Below are positions 20,051 to 31,392 of a DNA stretch of 64,000 nt, in pieces (the first letter of the stretch is position 1; every line of letters starts with the position of its first letter). The position numbers and the translations under genes were made by a program. The DNA comes from Babesia bigemina (lineage: Eukaryota). The stretch covers positions 1,054,001-1,118,000 of the forward strand of contig NC_027218.1 of the NCBI RefSeq assembly GCF_000981445.1, given 5' to 3'. Below the pieces are notes generated by a model. It saw only the letters and a program-made list of their open reading frames with translations. It did not search any database and was not told the origin of the DNA.

Positions 20051-22162
20051 TCACGCCGAAATGAACTCCCTTATTTGACGCGCGATTCCATCCTCATCCA
20101 TTTCGGCAAAACGTTTCTGGTCGTTAACACTGCCGTGGTGAGCGTATTGTTTAGGGTAGGTGAGGCATTTCACATCTACTCTCTCCGGCCTTGTTGCTAG
20201 GTACTCCAGCACAGCCGAACCGAAGCCTCCAGCGACGCCGTCTTCGGCCGTGATCACCGTATGATGTGTTTGTAGAATGCCTTCAATTGTAGCCGTATCC
20301 ATGGGGTTTAGGAACCGCATATCGACAACCGTAGCGTCAAGTTTTATTTTGTCAACGGCCTTCATGACATCGAGAACTATAGGCCCGAATGCCAAAACAG
20401 CGACTCCCATATTTCCCAACCGCACGCATCGCGACTTGAACAGTTTTTTGCCTTCTATCAAGGACGTTGGACTTCCGATTTCGTCTGGTGTATACATGAA
20501 GTATTTGTCTAGTTCCTCTTGCGACGCCACTGCGGCCTTGGGGTACCTGATGGCGCAGGGCTGATCATCGGTGTTGTAAGCTATATTTACCATCATCTTC
20601 AATTCAACACCGTTACTCGGAGCCATAATTAGCATGTTGTGCATTAGGCGCAGGTAGTTGATATCGTAGTTGCCGTGGTGTGACGCACCATCCTCTCCGA
20701 CGTACCCCGCTCTGTCCACTACAAATCGCACTGGCAAATTCTGCAATGCCACATCGTGTATGATCTGGTCCAGTGCCCTTTGCATGAAGGTGGAGTAGAG
20801 ACAGCAGAATGGTTTTGCACCACTTACTGCCATACCAGCGGCAAACGTCACCGCATGTTGCTCTGCAATCCCAACATCAAACGCCTTATTAGGATGCTTC
20901 ACACCCAGTTTACCCACTCCGGTGGCCCCCGGCATAGCCGCAGTTATGGCTACCACTGAGTCGTCGCGGTCGGCCAGCTCTATTAGGGTATCGGCAAAAA
21001 CTTCTGAAAAGGTCTTTGACGGAGTTGATGCAGCGGCGTTAGCATTTGGTTTAGCCATTGCCTTTATGGCGTGCATTCGGTCTAGCGCTTTTAGCGCCTT
21101 TTCTGACCCCATGCCCTTCACCGTTTTTATATGCAACACAATGGGCCTTTTCAGACTCCAGTTGCTATCCGCACTCAGCTGACCCTTCAAATATGACAGA
21201 ACATTGCTGAGATGCTCCACATTGTGCCCATCAATTGGGTCCAAAAACATAGGAGTTTCGCTCCCGTCGATACTCAGATCGTCGAACTGCTTAATGACCT
21301 CCGTGTCACTGACGGGAGTTTTCCGCGTATTGTCGACCATGAAGTAAGGCAATATGGGACCCGTCCCATTCTTTGCCGGCATACCCGTGGGCAGCGATGT
21401 TTGACCATTGTCATTGTATATAATGATGAGGGGCGACCTGATGGCGGCGGAGTAGTTCAGTGCCTCCATGGCCATGCCCCCAGTCATACTACCGTCACCG
21501 ATTATACAGACATATGACCTATCTTTATGCTGCCCTGTAACCACATCTCCCTCGTATATCCCTTGTAGTGCGCCAATGGATGTCGAAGAGTGCCCAGCCC
21601 CGAAAAGATCATGCGGGCTCTCGTACCTCCGCAGGAACCCCGACAACCCCCCCGGTTGCCTGATGGTGTGCATGCTATGCCTTCTACCGGTAAGCATCTT
21701 GTGTATATACGCTTGGTGACCGATGTCCCACACGATGCGATCCTTCGGCGAGTCGAATACCCTGTGGAGTGCCACGGTCAATTCGACCACCCCCAGTGAA
21801 CCGGAGTAGTGACCACCAACTTGCTCGGCATTTTTGATAAAGCATTCCCTTAGTTCCTTGCATAGCTGTAGGATCTGCTCCGCAGGTACCTTCTTGACGT
21901 CTTCTGGCCAATTAACTTGGTCGATCAGACGACTTTTGTCTAAGGGTCCGACGTCGGCAGCTTCCGTGCCACCGACGTGATCTGCGATACGAGAACATCT
22001 TGCCGACTGTGATACGCATTGCTCGGCTCTAGGGAACTGCGGTTTCACTAAGAAGGCCGACTGATCTGGTCGGACGCAGCCCGAGATTCCTACACATTGC
22101 TCGACAATTGCCAAAACAAGAAGCGTTGCGACGCTCTTTCCTACATTTAAATACCCACCCAT
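20051..22162 (-). CDS. dxs: 1-deoxy-D-xylulose-5-phosphate synthase, apicoplast-targeted
   Basis: GGHYSGSLGVVELTVALH, WDIGHQAYIHK, GDGSMTGG..EALN...NDN (TPP motif), DVGIAEQHAVT and DRAG..GEDGASHHG. Bipartite signal plus transit-like leader. Confidence 0.97.
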   Translation of the reverse strand: MGGYLNVGKSVATLLVLAIVEQCVGISGCVRPDQSAFLVKPQFPRAEQCVSQSARCSRIADHVGGTEAADVGPLDKSRLIDQVNWPEDVKKVPAEQILQLCKELRECFIKNAEQVGGHYSGSLGVVELTVALHRVFDSPKDRIVWDIGHQAYIHKMLTGRRHSMHTIRQPGGLSGFLRRYESPHDLFGAGHSSTSIGALQGIYEGDVVTGQHKDRSYVCIIGDGSMTGGMAMEALNYSAAIRSPLIIIYNDNGQTSLPTGMPAKNGTGPILPYFMVDNTRKTPVSDTEVIKQFDDLSIDGSETPMFLDPIDGHNVEHLSNVLSYLKGQLSADSNWSLKRPIVLHIKTVKGMGSEKALKALDRMHAIKAMAKPNANAAASTPSKTFSEVFADTLIELADRDDSVVAITAAMPGATGVGKLGVKHPNKAFDVGIAEQHAVTFAAGMAVSGAKPFCCLYSTFMQRALDQIIHDVALQNLPVRFVVDRAGYVGEDGASHHGNYDINYLRLMHNMLIMAPSNGVELKMMVNIAYNTDDQPCAIRYPKAAVASQEELDKYFMYTPDEIGSPTSLIEGKKLFKSRCVRLGNMGVAVLAFGPIVLDVMKAVDKIKLDATVVDMRFLNPMDTATIEGILQTHHTVITAEDGVAGGFGSAVLEYLATRPERVDVKCLTYPKQYAHHGSVNDQKRFAEMDEDGIARQIREFISA

Positions 22163-22416
22163 GGACTACGCTGCGATTTAACTAACAAGGGGCTCTATTA
22201 AATAATTTAGCGGACCTGCTTGCAGTGCTGCGATTCCGCCCCTCTATTCAGTTGCATCACAAGCTGTTATCCCACGATAACTCAACATATGGGCTTTTAG
22301 AAACTACAAAATGTAATTTTAGGCCTATTTGTACGTACTTCTTAGGAATGTGTGACTGGGATAACTCCAGCGATGTTCCTTCTTGATTGGCCATAGAATC
22401 CGTGCCATAGACAACA

Positions 22417-25119
22417 ATGCAGCTCCTAAGACCTACTACAGCTACAATTCGCTATGTGACTGGCTGTTCTAAAGCAGTAGTTTCTTTGAGGACGTTACGA
22501 CCGATTTTTTCGGCCGTACGTAAGGGTGGAGCTTGTGTAAGCTTATGTAGGTCAACTCCCCCCTCATCGCATCATTGCCGCACCTTTGTGACATGTCCCA
22601 AAGTTGAGAGGTCGCTATTCTACCTAGGAGCTAAGACGCCATCCGATTTAGTTCGCATAGGGCAGGAAGCAGTTGCTGCTTCATCCGACATCATTGCTGA
22701 TGTGGGTGATCGTCCTCAAGATGGTGACGTGGAAGGCAGGGATTTGATATACACGATCGACCACATATCCAATACGCTGTGTCTGGTAGCGGATCCGTGT
22801 GAATTGTTGCGACACGTCCACCCCGACGATGAGTGGCGCGCCGCCGCCAATGCGACTGTCGAGGAAGTCTCGGCGTTCATAAGCCGCGTCAACATCGACG
22901 AAAAGGCAAGTGTTTACATTTGAATACGCGTTTGTAACTGTGACGTTGTGTTGGGTTTGTTATTATGGGAGCATCTTTATCAGCATATGTTAAAGTCCAT
23001 ATTCAGTGGACTTGTGTTTGGTTTTCCACCCCAGACAGCCGAATATCTCCATATACACAACAACTATCAGGCGTATTGCAATGATGTTGCAGATGTACGA
23101 TATCATGACGAATGCTTACGCCAAATATGGCGCCCATATCAGCAAGGAAGAGTCGCTGGTGTTCAACCACATGATAGAGTCGATGCGCCACCAGGGCGTA
23201 GGACTTCAGTCGTCTGCAAAGGTATTGACCGTTGGAACATAGTAGATGAACAATCAATTTTGCAGACCGAGTATTTAGAGCTTCAGAGCGCCGAGTCGGC
23301 ACTTTCCTACGAGCTGTCTGACAGCAGCACCTTGAAGCATGCAGCGATTCCGTCCATACACGGTCGCCCACTTCCACGAAATCCAGCTATATACTCGTAC
23401 ATCCTTCGGTTAGTTACTATCGAAGCCGTTTTACTGTTGCAGACACTCACCTGAGGAACAGGTGCGGCGCATGATTTGGGAGGCCCAGACTAAGTGCGAC
23501 CCCGGCACGTTGAGCAAGCTGCTACGTCTGCACTCAATTCGTAGCAGGATATCGCAAATCCGAGGCTTCCGAAACTTCGCCCAGTGTGCGCAGAGGTATG
23601 TTATAATGGCGGCCCGAAGTTACCGCTATTTGTGCTGACATTCCATTCAGGGAATGCATCCTCAATGAACCCGAGGCTGTGGAAACATTCTTACGCAAAT
23701 CTGCTTCGTCACTGAGGCAAAGGTTGTGCTCGGAACTGCAAGAGCTCTTAGATCTTAAGAGGTCGCAAGGTTCGGCAGACGCGTCGTTGCAACCGTGGGA
23801 TTTGGATTACCTCATAGGGGCTGAACGGGATAAACTTGGCATACAGTTGAGAGTTAGCTCCGTGATCACCTACTTCGAGCGACTACTCCATGACCTCTTC
23901 GGCATTTCATTGGTGCGGGACACTTCGGAACCGCTGTGGCATCCGCTGGTTGCAAAGTTCCTCTTGGTGAAATATGCGGGTGTCGGCACAGATACTGCGT
24001 TTGAAGGATCGGGTAGAAGTGATACAAACGAGAACATTGCGGCGAAGAACAACCATTTCGGTGGGAAACAGGTGGAGGTGGCACATCTCTACTTGGACCT
24101 ATTTGCCCGTGATGGAAAGGCCAGCGTTTGCGCCCAGTTCACAGTTAGGTGCTCAAAACTGCTGGGCCACCGGAACGGCGAAAAAAAAGGTACAAGCCAC
24201 TTTCCAAGTGCGGTTTCTGGCCTACGGATGACTCATGGTTATCAATATGTGACTAAGGAATGCACTGACGGATCGATTCGTCAGCTTCCTGCAACTGCCG
24301 TTGTTTGCAGTTTCCCTACCGATCCTCAGCACGCCGATATATCGAGCGCTCTAAATGGCACGTATATCGACGCACACTCCGCACAAACTCTTTTCCACGA
24401 GTTGGGCCACACGGTGCATGCACTGTGCAGCCGTACCGGCCTGCAGCACCTGTCAGGGAACAGGGGTGGCGTCGACTTCGCGGAATTTTCATCGCACCTA
24501 TTTGAGTTATACTTTCTGGATGGGATACGCGACATTTGCAAGATTGAAGGCCTGGATTCGGAGTCCGCGAAAAAGGCAGAGCTTTCATTCAGCAAGTACA
24601 GTGCTATAGAGACCGGTCGCATGACGCTATTGGCACTTCTCGACCTCAAGTTCTACACGTTTAAAGGTGAACTCACCGTCGCGGGAATAGATGACCTGTA
24701 CAAGTCAGTCGATATATTCGACGAGGAGTTCGGGTCTAGTAAGGTCTCACGGCTGCTGGGTCTGCCCGCCCTGAGCAACTTCGACCACCTGATTCCTTAC
24801 GGTGGCACGTACTTCTGTTATTTGTATTCGAGGTATGTTTTTGATGCTTGTTTATGACATTTTCGATGTGAACCGCCACTTTACTTCCTACACTTAATGC
24901 AGGGTGCTGGCTATAAAGGTTTGGCGTTCGTTTGAGGGCTTCAGCCGAAGCCGAGCAACTGGAGACCGTCTCTACGCATTCTTCGAGAAGGTGCGGCTTA
25001 CCAAACATCTTAGTGCGTCAAATTTTATTCAGGGATCTACGGATGCTTCCATAGCTCCCTTGAACGAGTTGGCTGGTAGAGATCTGGCAGCCATGGAAGA
25101 CGAGCTGTTCCTAGACTGA
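22417..25119 (+). CDS. MIP: Mitochondrial intermediate peptidase (M3 family); exons ~22417-22905, 23093-23221, 23266-23408, 23443-23595, 23651-24832, 24903-24990, 25033-25119
   Basis: Arg-rich presequence, IDHISNTLCLVADPCELLRHVHPD, LYLDLFARDGK, HEXXH in FHELGHTVH, DFAEFSSHLFE and YGGTYFCYLYSR. Confidence 0.9.
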
Positions 25120-25449
25120 AAATTATAATGCCTAGATTCGCTGATAACATCGGTCGTATTTGTTAACGTGGCGTGCCGTATATCAACACCGGTAGTTGCA
25201 CAGGGCGTAGTTGATCGTAGCCTTCTACACCCGTTTGGTGAGCCCTAACAAAGGGAATTGGCGACGAATGACCCTCAAATTAGAATAAAATCAAAATATC
25301 ATACGTATTCGTTTGGCACTTCCGTTTCGCCGAAGATTTCCCGGTATGTGTGGAGCGGGTGTCACGTCCTCTTGCATTGCGGTTACACCTCTAACTGCCT
25401 TTTAGGCAAGCAATACACTGTTTATCCATTCATTCATCTAAATCGCAAT

Positions 25450-26948
25450 ATGGACGACCTTGGCGATGTCAAGAAGGTCGTCGAGGCGGTCCTGAGCGCG
25501 TGCTTTGGCGGCAGCCTCGTCGAGCTCCAAGCTGCCGTTAGACAGATGCTGGCTATCGGCGGTAAGGATGAGGCTGATGGCCAATCGGATAAGGTGTCTC
25601 AGCATGCTGACGGCACTTTCAACTGCGTGGAGCTTGCTGCGCTTGAATCACTGCGGGATACGAAGAAGCACGGCGTGGCCCATATTGCGGCTGCTGGTGG
25701 AAATTTGGACGTTTTGCAGTACATATTGACAGCGTTGCCCTCTTTGGCACATGTGGAAGATGAAAACGGCGAGAATCCCCTATTTTACGCCATACGTGCG
25801 GCCACAGGTCGAGGAAGCTCTGGTGTCAATGACTCCGACTTCCTGTCTTGCGTGTTGCTATTGCTGGGACAGTGCGGCCCCAATTGCGTGAGCAAGAGCG
25901 GTGCGAGCCCCCTACACGTCGCGTGCGAATTAGGCGCCCTAGACATATGCCGTTTGCTAGTGGAGAACCACGCTGACGTTGATGTGTACTCCGACGACTA
26001 CGGCACGCCGCTGACAGTTGCCGTGATCCGCGGCTACGTGGACATCATAAACTACCTTCTATCGCAGGGCGCTAACCCAGATGGCATGACACGTAACTCT
26101 GAAGATGGCGGGCGTATCCATAAATGCCGTTTCCCGCCTCCGCTGGCCTTCGCATGCAGCAGCGGCCAGGAACGTGTGTTCGACATGTTGATTTCTGCGG
26201 GTGCCTCCGTTTCCGTGTGCGACCCGGATGGCTGGACACCGCTACATTGCGCGGCCGAGATGGGTTCCGTCTACATGGTAGAGAAGCTGTTAGGCCTCAA
26301 GGCCGACTGCAACATCAAGGTGCAGGGCAAGACCCCCTACCACCTGGCTGTGTGGAACGGCCACAGTGCAGTGGCCTCCATGTTGTCCGACATAACCGTT
26401 GACAAGGGGCCAGTAAACATATCGGAACCGTCTGTGGCGCCTCAGGAGGAATCAGAGCCCGAGCCTGACAGCTGCGCCCCAGCCTTCAACGGCAGCCGTG
26501 AGGAACTGGACTGCTTGGTGGCGAATTTGAAGGAAGAGGGCCGCACATTCGTCGCCAATAAAGATTATGCCAATGCATGCACGTCGTATTCGAAGGCAAT
26601 TGCTCTGCTAACTGGTGTTGCTGACACGGCCGGTGAGCTGTTGTCGGTGCTTCACTCCAACAGGAGCCACACATATCTGATGCTAGGCAAGCTGGAACAG
26701 GCTCGGAAGGACGCCGAACGGGTGCGTTAACATGTGAAACTTTTGACGTTGTGCAGTGTATCGCCCTTAACCCATCGTGGCCGAAAGGGTACTTCCGACT
26801 GGCCAGCGTCGACAAGGCCAGCGGAAGGGAGGTCGACTATTTACACAACCTATTCCAAGCGTACTCGAGAGATACGAGCAACACCAGCATGCGGGATCTG
26901 TTTCAGCGCGAGTTCGAGCGCGCGAGAAACACCTCGAAATCCAGTTAG
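25450..26948 (+). CDS. Ankyrin-repeat plus C-terminal TPR protein; intron ~26722-26756
   Basis: Several TPLH/SPLH ankyrin repeats. TPRs: LKEEGRTFVANKDYANA...YSKAI, SNRSHTYL, CIALNPSWPKGYFRLA. Confidence 0.88.
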
Positions 26949-27657
26949 TGTCGCCCGGGACTGCCGGCGGCGTGGAAGAAGCGGTTCCACGCCGCCGTGC
27001 GCGCAACCCCTACTGCAAATATAGCAGGCGCACAAACATTCGTAATCATAATTTGGCATAGCTCTGGAGCCGGGATGAGTGCCCTGTGTCACACCGTCAT
27101 CAGTCCGTCGACTGAAGCGTGCATCGGCCCATTAGGCCTGAAATGCGCTGCACAGTGATACACTGAGCCTATTCGGCCGAATGTGTGGGCATACGGCGCG
27201 ACGCCTCCTTGAATGCCGGGCCGCGGTGACGAATGAACGCGGATGCATTGCTAGGTTCGGAACGTCGTCGAACAACGCAAAGGTGCAGCAGCTGCTATAT
27301 CACCGACGATTCGTAGTAATTACAGGCGTCTAATTTCGCTGAATAGCGAGCCGTTTTGGTCTGGATACCGATACCACATCGGTGCCCTCTCGCGACTTGC
27401 GGTACACCCGCACATGAGTTGGCTCTGCGGGCATTCTGAATGCATCGTTGGCGAGCTGCACTGAAGTAGAAAATATTTGGACACCTCAAGCGCATCAATT
27501 TTGTCATTCAGGTGGGTGTGTGCGTGGTTCTGAGTCAGTGAAAATTTGAGTCTCCGTTCCATCGCATGCTTTCGGACTCCTCGGTCGCCATAATTGTTTT
27601 TGCGTGCCACGTCAATTGATTTGATTGTTTAGTGTGTTGTGTATATTGCGTTACAGG

Positions 27658-28664
27658 ATGATGGTCACGGAGTGTTTGGGGAGCTGCTACGAGAAGCTCC
27701 CTCAGCCGGAGTTGGTGCTGAGCCCGGAGGATTCGGAGTTGAACTACTACCTGTGGATGCCTGGTGTGCAGTACCAGCCTCGCCTGCAGAAGAAGCTGTC
27801 GGAGCTGCGTTCCATCACTGCCGATTCCGATGTGATGCAGGTGGACGAGGTCATCGAGGAAGTGGTGAGAATTTGCTATACTTTCGTGCGTCGTACGTGT
27901 GTATCCTGCCTGCCACGCCCACTTGCATCTAAGTTTTACGAGTTGGAGATTAACACGCCTCCGCCCAAACGCACGTCGAATTAGTGCGGTTGTGGATTTT
28001 CCTGCCTGTAGGCCGTTGCACATTTTCGGAGGTGGCCAAGACTAACCAGGATAAGAGGCTTCCTTTTGGGGATGTGCCAACCGGCCATTCGCGTATATGT
28101 TACATGTGTTTAGCGTGGTTGTGTTGTGTCAATGTGTTTGATTTTGGCGTGGCGGCCTTCATAGTACATACCCGTTTGGTACATCATGATTCATACCCGA
28201 CCCATTCCCCCGGCCTCATCCGGCGTTAGATTGCGAAAGACGAGTTGGTTGTTAAATTCGAAGGAGCCGCGACGAACGGCGTGATGGACCTGGGCACAGC
28301 CGCGAACTTCGTCCGCGAGCTGGGAGCCAGCCCCTCGCAGGCTGAGCTTTTGGAGTACAGCGCCACCAACGGAAACTCACTGACGTTCGATAACATCAAG
28401 GAACTGCTTGCCGTGGGCATGAACCAACACGAGAACGCCGCCTACCTGGAAAGCATCCTGATGTCGCTGTCAAGGGTGAGTGCCGCTCTTTATCACATAA
28501 CCCGTTCGCAGGACAAGAACACCATCAACCGTGAGCACTTCGAGTACATCATGGCCAACTACGGAGAGCCGCTGACTGCCGAGGAACTTGCAGCCGTGAG
28601 GAACATGTTCTTTTCCTCCGGCGACGATATTTCTTGCGGCGAGCTGGCCGCCCAAATTGCGTGA
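27658..28664 (+). CDS. MTIP: Myosin A light chain (MTIP/MLC1), glideosome component; exons 27658-27864, 28230-28475, 28512-28664
   Basis: EC..SCYEKLPQPE....PEDSELNYYLWMPGVQYQP closely parallels the Plasmodium MTIP N-terminus. Degenerate EF-hand lobes follow (RELGASPS, IMANYGEPLT). Confidence 0.88.
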
Positions 28665-28852
28665 TCGACTCTGTGCAGCGCAATATGTTTTGTGACATAG
28701 TATAATAAAGATGTTTTTTTAGCATTTTCCTCGGCCCGTCGCTGAGCCGGCATCTTCCCCCGCGCACCCTATACCTTGCCGCGGTGACGTAGCCGTTCGG
28801 TATCCGTTTGCACATTCTTTTTTGTGAGATGAATTTAAGCGAGTTGCCGACC

Positions 28853-29728
28853 ATGGAGAGCCAATCTCCCATGATGGAAGAATACGAGCGTGCCCCGGAC
28901 GAGTCCGGTAAGTGCGATGTGCGTGATATTTATCTGCCTGCCCCGCTCTTCTGAAGCTTCCCTCATCTTCATTTAGACCGCAAGATGCTGAGGAGCTTCT
29001 GCTTTTTGAGCGGTTGCGCGATGTGCGTCGTCAGCTTCCTGAACGCCCTTAACATCTTTTCGATTGGACGCCCAGCATTGTACTTGTTGAACCTCGTTCA
29101 AGGGTGAGTTACGTGGAATATTGTGCTTCTGTTTTGGTTTATATCGGCTGCCATGTGCTCTCGTTCAGTTATAATTCCTGGCTTCTGTCTTGGTGGCGTC
29201 ACGTGACGTACACAGAATACGATTTTTTTCGCGCTGTATCACATGTATGCTCACGCGTTACAAGCCGCCGTGACTGGCTGCGTGCATTGCCTATTTTATG
29301 CGCTAATGTGCTCGCGTTTTGCTGTTGAATCCGCACGGCCTTTGGCATGTATGTTGCTTCTGATATTTAATGGTATTACCAGTTAGACGTATATTACCTT
29401 CTGTCTGTTGCATTTGTATGGTTTGTCAATGCAATTTTGCGCTTTTCCTGGCTGAAATTTACGCAGTATCTTCGGTTTTTCTGTTATGGTCTTCGAGGGT
29501 GACGAATACTCCTCGCTTGCACCCTACGCTAACGTTTTGGACGTGCACTTCAAGTTCCTGTCGTCGTCGCTAGGCCGTGCGCTGTTCTTCATCTTGGTTG
29601 GTATCCACTGCAGCGTTCTCACTACGCTGTCCGTGCTGTACTACCCGCTGGCGCTTATCTGGCTCGGCGTCGCCGCATTCATCATCGCCAACCGTCAGCG
29701 TGAGACCCTCCCCTTCTATGAAGAGTAG
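28853..29728 (+). CDS. Small multi-TM COPI-associated (Tvp15-like) protein; exons 28853-28907, 28977-29103, 29467-29728
   Basis: Spliced product has about 4 hydrophobic helices and the HFKFLSSSLGRALFFILVG signature. Confidence 0.7.
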
Positions 29729-29905
29729 AAGCCGCTGGGCGCGTGAAGTTCGTGTACCATATAGCACCACGTGCGTTGGGCTGCTGACGAGTCTACCCCT
29801 GGCACCGTCCGGTGTTGCACACATACTCCAAACATCCACCAGCATAGCCACTGACCGGCCCATACGTTAATAGTCCGCGCTTACATGCATAGCTGTGTAT
29901 ATGTG

Positions 29906-31188
29906 TTAGGCGTGTTCAAGCAGGAACTGCAGCCCCTCCCTAAATGTGTCTAGGTGTTGCGTTTGCACTTTGTGCTTGCAGAACTTCGCTGAGGCGTACA
30001 TGTCCACCAGAGCGTAGTTGGCCACGGCGTCCGTGAGCCCACCAGCCACCAGCGTCAATATAAATAAGGACGCCGCCTCGTCTCGCGACTCCGGCTTGTT
30101 GAACTGTATGGCCCGTGCTAGGTGTTTGAGCTTGTCTTGTGGGAGCTTGGTTTTAGCCATCTGCCGACAAGTCAGTGTGTTGGCGCGATACGTGGCATAC
30201 CATTTTGAGCGCCTCGCAAGAGGGGTTGAGGTTGTGGTTGGTGGCCTGCCTTTTGCCGTCTAGCAGGCTGAGCGTGGAGTTGGGGTTCATCTCCTTCCGA
30301 AGTTTGATGATGCGATTCTGATCGCGCTGTCATGCGCTGCGTGCAAAACTAACCTGTACGATATCCTCTTGCTTGCTGTAGGTGTTCCTGAAGTGCTCCA
30401 TGATGTGTTCATTGAGGTAGTGGAACGCGAAGTTGAGGGTGAGCTCGCACATGTTGTGTTTGGAGCACTTGAGCTCGTCGTTCTTGTTTGCGATATAGGC
30501 GTTCACGGCGTTTTCCACCTGGGTACACAGCATGCTGCACAGCTCGTTTTCATACCCCGGCACCTGCAAGCGAGTGAGTGTTCCCCGCTGGCATGGCGCT
30601 TACCATGACGAAGGTGCTCTTGACCCTGTCGAGCGCCCCGTACAGTGCCTTATGGAACTCGGCGCTATCCTCACACCACCTACGCGCAGTGTCATCAAAC
30701 ACCGCCGTATGCGTACCTCGTTACTGTGGCCTCAACGTCGTTGAGATCTATCTCGAACATGTCTTTGCAGGTATGCTCGGCGTGCAAAAGATAGTCGTCT
30801 ATGAGGCAGACCCTCACTGCGTTTTGCAGGTCGTGTATCTTGTCATCTCTGACGATGTTGGCGGCGACGTGGTTCTTGAACCCGAAGCTGGTGGTCACCT
30901 TCGCCGCGTTGACTTCGACGGCCTGGCCGTCGAGGTTGAGAAAGTAGCCCGGCACCTCAGTCTCCCTCAGGATGTGGCACTCTGCAGGCCATGTGCGACA
31001 CCCAATCTGTCCCGCTCACCGACAAACTTGCGAGATATGTGTACATTTACGAGCGCCTGCGCCACGGGGAGCAGCAGCAGCTTCTGATGGGCGTGCTGGT
31101 CGAACAGCGCCCGGTATAGATCGCCGTGCGACTTTTGCAGCACGCACATCAGCGCGTTCGCGCTGATTTCGTCACATTTTTGATGCAT
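29906..31188 (-). CDS. VPS9-domain protein with a VARP/ANKRD27-like N-terminus (putative Rab5-family GEF), multi-exon
   Basis: NALMCVLQKSHGDLY...LLLP...FVECHIL...FLNLDGQAVEV....VTTSFGF resembles the VARP N-terminus. The C-terminal PQDKLKHL...SRDEAASLFI...N...DTFREGLQFL fits the VPS9 layout. Confidence 0.65.
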
Positions 31189-31392
31189 CGGCGTGTTATG
31201 TTTCGCACCTTCCGGGTAGCGCGTGTCTGGCCACCACTCCGGACAGGCGTATCAACCTGCCAACGCTGCGCGCTCGGCGAAGTGCGCGGTGAAATTCAGA
31301 CAGCACTAAGGATGTGGACGTCCTAAGACGTCTACGTTTGCCGATGTGTAGGTGTTCCGCGGCTTAGGGGCGTGGAGCGGCCTCTCATCGCG

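Noticed and set aside
27295..27610. Minus-strand ORFs upstream of MTIP; also a plus-strand frame with in-frame TGA considered as a selenoprotein
   Set aside because: No convincing ATG or motif, no CxxU-type context or SECIS seen; most likely MTIP promoter and 5' UTR.
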